Shown here: positions 58,601 through 64,000 of the stretch, piece after piece
Layout of the letters: the number at the start of each line of letters is the position of its first letter
How positions within the stretch are numbered: position 1 is the first letter of the stretch
NCBI GenBank assembly: GCA_963665665.1
Contig: OY762428.1
Span: 1,888,001-1,952,000, forward strand
Length of the DNA stretch: 64,000 nucleotides
Source: Candidatus Kapaibacterium sp.
GTDB taxonomy: Bacteria; Bacteroidota; Ignavibacteria; Kapaibacteriales; UBA2268
Reading direction: 5' to 3'
The notes under the pieces: generated by a model
Told to the model about the DNA's origin: nothing
Databases searched by the model: none
The model's input: the letters and a program-made list of their open reading frames with translations, nothing else
Program-made: the position numbers and the translations under genes

Positions 58601-59179
58601 GTTTGTAGAAACAAAAATAAATTTTCCGGCCAGTATCCTTCGATTACAAATATCAAAGGCAATTTTGATTTTGGCCTCGGCACTGAAGATGCTATACATC
58701 TATACCGTCCCGATGGAAGTACCGGTGATTTAGTAAGCTATACTGATAAAAGCCCCTGGCCTGCAAATAGTAAGGGAACAGGCAATTCCATAGAATTAAT
58801 CTCGGCAGATATGAATAATAACGATGGCAATAACTGGAGATCGTCAGCTTATCTGTATGGCAGCCCGGGATATGCCAATCCCGGAACATACGTTGAAGAG
58901 CAATCCATATCGGATGTTGATAATCTGAAATGCTTTCCCAATCCGGCAAATGACAAAATTAATATCATCTTTTCCTGTAAGGATTTTATCCCGACGAAAA
59001 TTGTATTATGCGATTTGTCGGGAAAAGAGGTATTATGCGGATATTATGCGGTTTCAAATAAGGGATTGAATGAAAGGGAAATTGATATAAGCGCTCTGTC
59101 TCCAGGAGTATACATAGCCCGGATTATCCGCAGCAGCGACAATAGGATATGTGCTAATATAAAATTTGTAAAAAGATAA
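55700..59179 (+). CDS. CotH kinase family protein with lamin-tail domains and T9SS CTD
   Basis: VINE..DWIEIYN (LTD), IYYTLDG.EP, LFRNGGN, YLNG.Y.GIY...ER, DWPEHN, DLD, FPNPA...GVY. Confidence 0.9.
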   Translation: MGNKIFYITMLIVINTYLSSAQIVINEVCPNNYETYYDEDYDTPDWIEIYNSGDEDISIKDYRISDKDNFTEAWILPDTIIPAKGYITVFASAKERNSSDNLILETSGEGMYYSSHPKSFSFLYNEFEGDICLDLQVLSLRNESVAAAAGLVIRNSLDDDSDFWGVFTMSDHRSFGDYAWIIKDDGGVVNIGNEYPECYLRLEKSGNIIKANIVDSKGLVISSTIFEGNISDTFYAGAAVFSFNKNQLSQNCVNNFRINGKDVEIDSMIYQDFNCHLPGNTFYSEEIHTNFKLSKDGDAVFLWNDEGQLIDNINFNYLPANVSFGRFPDGSSEKYCFSPSTPDNSNQNNYLGISPLPKFSIAAGYYENGQNVSLSGELPTDKIYYTLDGAEPDTTKELFDTPIYIDTTTVIKATLVRDSYVSRQSISKTYIIGQNSSLPVISFTIDPYDLNNEDNGMFVHLFSKYEKKSSIEFFDDSFSGYYFSNAGVKPHGHGPAIGFPQHSIRFYARDKYDNDRFEYPFFGNDHARDFDKLLFRNGGNEWGYSLIRNSYYSRLLETMDIVNVEAPLCRLVASYLNGDYFGIYSMMERVDEELIRDNHNIRKDDINLLEDQERLLHGDKFDYIKMYDRILALDMDAATSYNIIDSLIDIYNFIDYMIFNIYAANHDWPEHNRKFWNAPETGFKWQWYLTDLDWTTSFDYLTQPNAKKLHRIFSNADTCSDPENFRFSRFFIQLLNNEQFKNLYINRTADLLNTILEFDNMDKLLTEMANEIKDEIPRHQERWENSAVDWEKSIKDMRIFFDLRDKYLIDNYIEHFGLTDRSHVELNIDPPDAGRIQVSTITPDKYPWKGIYFRDVPLPVKAIPNSGYKFHSWSLAQYNNDNFHILLPDSITITAVFEKTSVVEKSVVINEIMYKNSENCDSDDWFELYNAGNNTIYLSGWSFTDEKSDHIFKFEDNDTIAPGGFIVVCRNKNKFSGQYPSITNIKGNFDFGLGTEDAIHLYRPDGSTGDLVSYTDKSPWPANSKGTGNSIELISADMNNNDGNNWRSSAYLYGSPGYANPGTYVEEQSISDVDNLKCFPNPANDKINIIFSCKDFIPTKIVLCDLSGKEVLCGYYAVSNKGLNEREIDISALSPGVYIARIIRSSDNRICANIKFVKR

Positions 59180-59285
59180 ATAATATAAAAAAAATGCCGG
59201 CGGCTGCATAACCCGGCATTCTTAATTTTTTTATACTTTACGGATTTGATAAATATTATTTATTTTTATAGCTTGTAAAAAGGTT

Positions 59286-59310
59286 TGAGACATTTCTATT
59301 ATTAATGTGT
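59286..59310 (+). promoter_or_regulatory. Putative ECF promoter
   Basis: TGAGAC-N15-GTGT. Confidence 0.55.
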
Positions 59311-59339
59311 CATTACTATGATTGTTTAACCAGTTTTAG

Positions 59340-62300
59340 ATGACTATGAAAAGCATTGCTCAATTTTTAATTATTTTACTTTCTTTCGGAAGCCTGTCAG
59401 CAGAACTTAAAATTAATGAAATAATGGCTGCCAACGGAAATGCACACCATGACGAAGATTTTGATACGCCGGACTGGATAGAGATTTATAATGATTCCGA
59501 TGATGAAATTAACCTCGGGGATTATTATGTTTCGGATAAATACGATTTTAGCAAAGCATGGAAATTACCGCAAAGAAATTTGCCGGGGAAATCATACCAG
59601 CTTGTTTATGCCTCGGATAAAAACAGGTATGGAACGGATCATTTTACTACTGCTGCGTCTGGATTCCATTTAGGATCCTGGGCAAAAGACGATGGATTCA
59701 GGTTCAATTATATTCCTGTTGACGGCGATTTTGATATTGAGTTCGAAATTTTCTCGGTCAGGGAGTATTATTACGGAACGACTATCGGGCTGATGGTAAG
59801 AGATGAATTAACCCAGAAAAGCCCTTACGCAGCATTTTTTGTGAACAGCCCGGTAAGGTATAATACAATTTTTCTGCTTCGTCCGGAAATTGATGCTACT
59901 TTCCTTTGGAAAGGCACATCGATAGAATTGAAGAACTCTCAGGCAAAGATAAGGCTTCAGAGAACCGGGGACACTGTTGTATCATACTATTATTCAAATA
60001 ATTATTACTGGAAAGAAACCGCCCGATTCTATTACCCGCCGAAGAGTACCGATTATATGGGTATTGCCTATTGTTCAGGCGAAACACAGGGGCTTTCGGT
60101 ATTTAATTTTGCAGATATCAAAGTAAACGGAATTTCAAAAACACTTGATGATTTCCAATCCGAAGAAATTAACACGACCATTCAGGGCTGGCAAAAGCAG
60201 GCCGACGAGATTCATACAAACTTTAAACTCAATGCTGATGGCGAAGGTTTTTATATCTGGGATAAAGACGGGAACATTGTTGATGAAATGACTTTCGGCC
60301 CTCAGGTTGATAATATCTCTTTTGCCAGGTTCAAGGATGGCGAAGGAAGCTTTGGCCTGTCATATCCTTCAACACCGGGAAAACCGAATGATAACGTTTA
60401 TTCCAAAATTTCATCGGATGTTATTTTTTCTCATAATACGGGATTTTATAATTCGCCAATAGAAGTTGAGCTCAGCGGGCGGCAAATTAACGGTAAAATA
60501 TATTATTCCACAGACGGTTCAACCCCTACGGATACATCTGCCGTATATGACGAGCCAATAATGATTGACCATACTTGCATGCTGAGAGCAGTAATTTACG
60601 AAGACGGCAGGATACCCGGAAAGGAAAAGTTTGCATCTTATGTTGTTGGTGTTGATACAGAACTGCCGGTGGTTGTTGTGGGGCTTGATTCTCTCCTTCT
60701 CTGGGACAAATGGACAGGGCTTTTCGTTGACATTAATAACTATATGCACTTCGAGGTACCCGCAAAATTTTCTTTCTGCTTTGATGACGGGGATTACAGC
60801 CAGGCCGGAGGCATGAGGCTTCACGGCGGAGCAACAAGAATATATCCGCAAAAGTCTTTCAGGTTTTACGCCCGGGGTGAATATGGCGTTACGAAGTTCG
60901 AATATCCTTTTTTCGGGAAAGAATCCCAGCCGGAATATGACAATATATTGCTGAGGAACGGCGGGCAGGACTGGAATTATAGCATGATGCGCGACGGTAT
61001 TGTATCCAACCTGTTCAAGCCATTAAAAAAACTTGATGTTTGTGCCTATCGCCCGGCGCTTTGCTTTATTAACGGAGAATTCTACGGAATGAATAATATT
61101 CGCGAAAGAGTTGATGATGATTTCATTGCAATAAAGTACGGCCTGGATGATAAGAATATTAATATTATCGAACATCCCAACAGATTGCTAAATGGTGACT
61201 TCGCAGCATACAGAGCTTTCTTCGACAGTTTGCTGGCAATGGATATGTCCGTAGATGAAAATTACAGGAAAATTGAAGCAGGCCTGGCCATTGATAATTT
61301 TATCGATTACGTTATCAGCGAGTTGTTTATTGTTAATTATGACTGGCCGTTTAACAATCTGAAGTTCTGGAGTTCAGATGATTATGACGGTAAATGGCGT
61401 ATGGTTTCGTTCGATCACGACCTGTCAATTGGGTTTATATCAGCCACACCGGACAGGAACCATATTTCATACCTGCTTGGCCATGAACTTGAATTTTCCC
61501 GAATTTTCGGTACTATTATGCAAAACAGCCATTTCAGAAATAGTTTTATAAACCGCAGTGCCGATCTTTTAAACACCGTTTTCCTGCCCGACAGGCTGAT
61601 TTCAATTACCGACAGCCTGGCAGCTAACATCAGAAATGAAATTCATTGGCAGCAGTCAAGATGGGACAGCTCCGGGAAGGACTGGGAAAACCAGATTGTA
61701 CTGATAAAAGATTTTGCAAGGCGAAGGCCGGCATTTATGAGAATGAATTATGTTGATCAATTCGGACTCGCGGACACGTCGGTTGTGGAACTTTACAGCC
61801 ATCCTGACAAGGGCGGACAGATCAGAATAAGCACTATAGAGCAGCCTGCAAATCCCTGGCGCGGAATATATTTCCGGGATGTGCCGGTCAGGATAGAAGC
61901 AATTGCAGCTCAGGGTTATAAATTCGAGGGATGGTCCTTGCCTGGCTTAAAGGATTCCGCTTCTGTTGCACATATTTTGCTCGATTCAATGAATTATATT
62001 GAAGCATACTTTGAAAAAACCGGCCAGGACATTCCGAAGATAGTTATAAACGAGATAATGTATAATCCCGGGAACGAAAACAATTGCGGGCAGTGGTTTG
62101 AGATATATAATAATGATGCTGATGCTTTTTCTACTTCTGATATTGAAATATTCATCGATAATTTTAAAATTCTGCCGGATAAGAATTTCGACCTGCATCC
62201 GGACAACTATCTTGTTTTCTGCAATAACCAGGAAAAATTTTCCGCTATTTACAACATGGATACCATGAATTTATCAGTAAATGATTTTACTCTTAGCAAT

Positions 62301-62795
62301 ACCTCGAGGATTACGGTTTATTACCGGGAAGAAATTGCCGCAGATTATGTTCACTACAGGAATAATGCTCCATGGCCGGCGGCAGCAGACGGAAGCGGAA
62401 ACAGCCTTGAGCTGATAAGCCCCGACAGGGACAACAGGCTGGCAGTAAACTGGACTGGCAACGGAGCCATGCAGGGGTCTCCCGGAGGGCCTAATACTCC
62501 TGTTACATCAGTTAGTGAAGACTGTAGTAATATTAAAATGAGTGGTATCTATCCCAACCCGGCTGCGGATAAAATTAATATTCAATTTATTTGTGAAGAT
62601 ATTATCCCCGTATCTATCAACTTTTATGATCTCTTAGGAAATCAGGTCCTGTCCGGTTCTAAAGCAATTTCCAATAATGGATTCAATAACAGGAAAATTG
62701 ACATTAGCAGTTTATCTCCTGGAGTTTATATTGCCAGAATAATCCGGGGCAGCGACAATAAGGTATGTGCTAATATGAAATTTGTGAAGAGATGA
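59340..62795 (+). CDS. CotH kinase family protein, paralogue
   Basis: Same architecture; LRNGGQDW, DWPFNN, FDHD, YPNPA. Confidence 0.9.
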   Translation: MTMKSIAQFLIILLSFGSLSAELKINEIMAANGNAHHDEDFDTPDWIEIYNDSDDEINLGDYYVSDKYDFSKAWKLPQRNLPGKSYQLVYASDKNRYGTDHFTTAASGFHLGSWAKDDGFRFNYIPVDGDFDIEFEIFSVREYYYGTTIGLMVRDELTQKSPYAAFFVNSPVRYNTIFLLRPEIDATFLWKGTSIELKNSQAKIRLQRTGDTVVSYYYSNNYYWKETARFYYPPKSTDYMGIAYCSGETQGLSVFNFADIKVNGISKTLDDFQSEEINTTIQGWQKQADEIHTNFKLNADGEGFYIWDKDGNIVDEMTFGPQVDNISFARFKDGEGSFGLSYPSTPGKPNDNVYSKISSDVIFSHNTGFYNSPIEVELSGRQINGKIYYSTDGSTPTDTSAVYDEPIMIDHTCMLRAVIYEDGRIPGKEKFASYVVGVDTELPVVVVGLDSLLLWDKWTGLFVDINNYMHFEVPAKFSFCFDDGDYSQAGGMRLHGGATRIYPQKSFRFYARGEYGVTKFEYPFFGKESQPEYDNILLRNGGQDWNYSMMRDGIVSNLFKPLKKLDVCAYRPALCFINGEFYGMNNIRERVDDDFIAIKYGLDDKNINIIEHPNRLLNGDFAAYRAFFDSLLAMDMSVDENYRKIEAGLAIDNFIDYVISELFIVNYDWPFNNLKFWSSDDYDGKWRMVSFDHDLSIGFISATPDRNHISYLLGHELEFSRIFGTIMQNSHFRNSFINRSADLLNTVFLPDRLISITDSLAANIRNEIHWQQSRWDSSGKDWENQIVLIKDFARRRPAFMRMNYVDQFGLADTSVVELYSHPDKGGQIRISTIEQPANPWRGIYFRDVPVRIEAIAAQGYKFEGWSLPGLKDSASVAHILLDSMNYIEAYFEKTGQDIPKIVINEIMYNPGNENNCGQWFEIYNNDADAFSTSDIEIFIDNFKILPDKNFDLHPDNYLVFCNNQEKFSAIYNMDTMNLSVNDFTLSNTSRITVYYREEIAADYVHYRNNAPWPAAADGSGNSLELISPDRDNRLAVNWTGNGAMQGSPGGPNTPVTSVSEDCSNIKMSGIYPNPAADKINIQFICEDIIPVSINFYDLLGNQVLSGSKAISNNGFNNRKIDISSLSPGVYIARIIRGSDNKVCANMKFVKR

Positions 62796-62809
62796 TCGCT
62801 ATAACAGAG

Positions 62810-62838
62810 ACGAGCCACAATTTTGTATTGTGGCTCGT
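62810..62838. terminator. Hairpin between convergent genes
   Basis: ACGAGCCACAAT-loop-ATTGTGGCTCGT. Confidence 0.7.
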
Positions 62839-62853
62839 TCTTATGAAATAAAA

Positions 62854-63747
62854 TTAATAGCCGTAATGTTTTAGCATTGTAGGATTATCGCGCCATTTAT
62901 CCCTTACTTTCACGAACAATTCCAAAAATACCGGCATTTGCAGATGTTCTTCAATATCAGCCCTTGCTCTTTGGCCAATATCTTTTATCTTGGCGCCCTT
63001 CTTTCCGATAATAATGATCTTCTGGGATTTCCTTTCAACAATTATCTCGGCATGAATAAACCACTTGCCCTCTTCTCTTTCTTTGAATTCGATAATATTA
63101 ACTTCTGTGGAATAAGGTATTTCCTTTGAGTACCCCTTAAAAACATGCTCTCTGATTATTTCCGACACGAAAAACCTTTCCGGCTGCGTGCTGAGCATTT
63201 CCGGATCGTAGTAAAATGGTGATTCGGGCATATATTTCTTCAGAACATTAAGGTAAGTATCAATATTGCTGTTTTTAAGTGCCGAGATCGGTATGATTTC
63301 ATCAAATATTCCCAGCTTGTTCATCTCATCAACAAGAGGAAGCATCTTTTTAATATCAGCATCCAGATCGATTTTATTCAGCAGCAATATTTTAGGAGCC
63401 TTGTTTTTCTTCAGCAGGTTGATAATATATTCATTGGGTACGTCATAGCCTTTCTTCATCGCATCGGAATCTATGATAACCGTTATAATATCAGTTTCAA
63501 CAACCGCTTCTTCAACATAATTCATCATAGAGCGGTGCATTTGGTATTTGGGTTTTACTATGCCGGGAGTATCAACAAAAACAGCCTGAAAGTCATCTGC
63601 TGAATAAATCCCTTTTACTCTTTTCCTTGTTGTCTGGGGCTTATTCGTAACAATAGAAAGCTTTTCGCCCATAATGGCATTCATAAGTGTTGATTTGCCC
63701 GAATTCGGCTTTCCTATCAAAGCAACAAAACCAGCTTTTGTATTCAT
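62854..63747 (-). CDS. era: GTPase Era
   Basis: GKPNSGKSTL, KPQTTR, DTPG, NKID, EIPY, KH domain IIIGKKG. Confidence 0.97.
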   Translation of the reverse strand: MNTKAGFVALIGKPNSGKSTLMNAIMGEKLSIVTNKPQTTRKRVKGIYSADDFQAVFVDTPGIVKPKYQMHRSMMNYVEEAVVETDIITVIIDSDAMKKGYDVPNEYIINLLKKNKAPKILLLNKIDLDADIKKMLPLVDEMNKLGIFDEIIPISALKNSNIDTYLNVLKKYMPESPFYYDPEMLSTQPERFFVSEIIREHVFKGYSKEIPYSTEVNIIEFKEREEGKWFIHAEIIVERKSQKIIIIGKKGAKIKDIGQRARADIEEHLQMPVFLELFVKVRDKWRDNPTMLKHYGY

Positions 63748-63841
63748 GTAATAATCGATCCTGTTCTGAAAAAAAACAGCCATTCTATCCGGCACTTTAA
63801 TTTGAGCAGAGATAAAATGGCAAAATTTATTTTAAATAATA

Positions 63842-64000
63842 TCAGTCCTCTTTCTTATAATATTTTAGTATTGCAAATGGAATGATAACACAATATCCAA
63901 TTACAAGTACTACCGGGGCCACTGAAACAGCCCAAGGATTATTCCAGGTTCCGTCAATGGCAGCAGGGCCGTCGCTAAGGCCGGTTGCCATCAGGGCATA
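63842..64000 (-). CDS. DUF3098-like membrane protein, 3' end only
   Basis: Hand translation YALMATG...NPWAVSVAPVVLVIGYCVIIPFAILKYYKKED*. Confidence 0.7.
   Translation of the reverse strand, partial: YALMATGLSDGPAAIDGTWNNPWAVSVAPVVLVIGYCVIIPFAILKYYKKED

Overview
AT-rich bacterial chromosome window. T9SS-type C-terminal domains, DUF3078/DUF3098-like genes and a TAnnTTTG promoter suggest an FCB-group organism (Bacteroidota/Ignavibacteria/Kapabacteria-like); this is an inference. All family calls are from motif recognition, with no database search. The main unexplained structure is at 3.3-4.5 kb. One intact tRNA-Ser(GCT) gene (minus strand) lies between four 84-bp repeats of its own 5' half and two 367-bp repeats of its 3' part, and each 367-bp unit carries a small GIY-YIG nuclease gene. 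In all six partial copies the 17-nt anticodon arm is exactly replaced by another 17-nt hairpin (TCCCGAT-GCA-ATCGGGA). Downstream is a defence-like cluster (YhcG/PDDEXK, HipA-like kinase, DUF3037-like partner) whose genes are separated by repeats of a type IIG R-M gene tail. The window also holds signalling kinases, pirin, msrAB, an Rrf2-ferredoxin-hcp unit, tandem T9SS paralogues, and an array of seven lipoproteins sharing a C-x-D-A-T-(T/V) N-terminus behind an ECF sigma/anti-sigma pair. A putative ECF promoter motif recurs upstream of two CotH-kinase genes. There are several REP/MITE-like repeats, an NYN gene, yicC, a KamA-like radical SAM enzyme and era.
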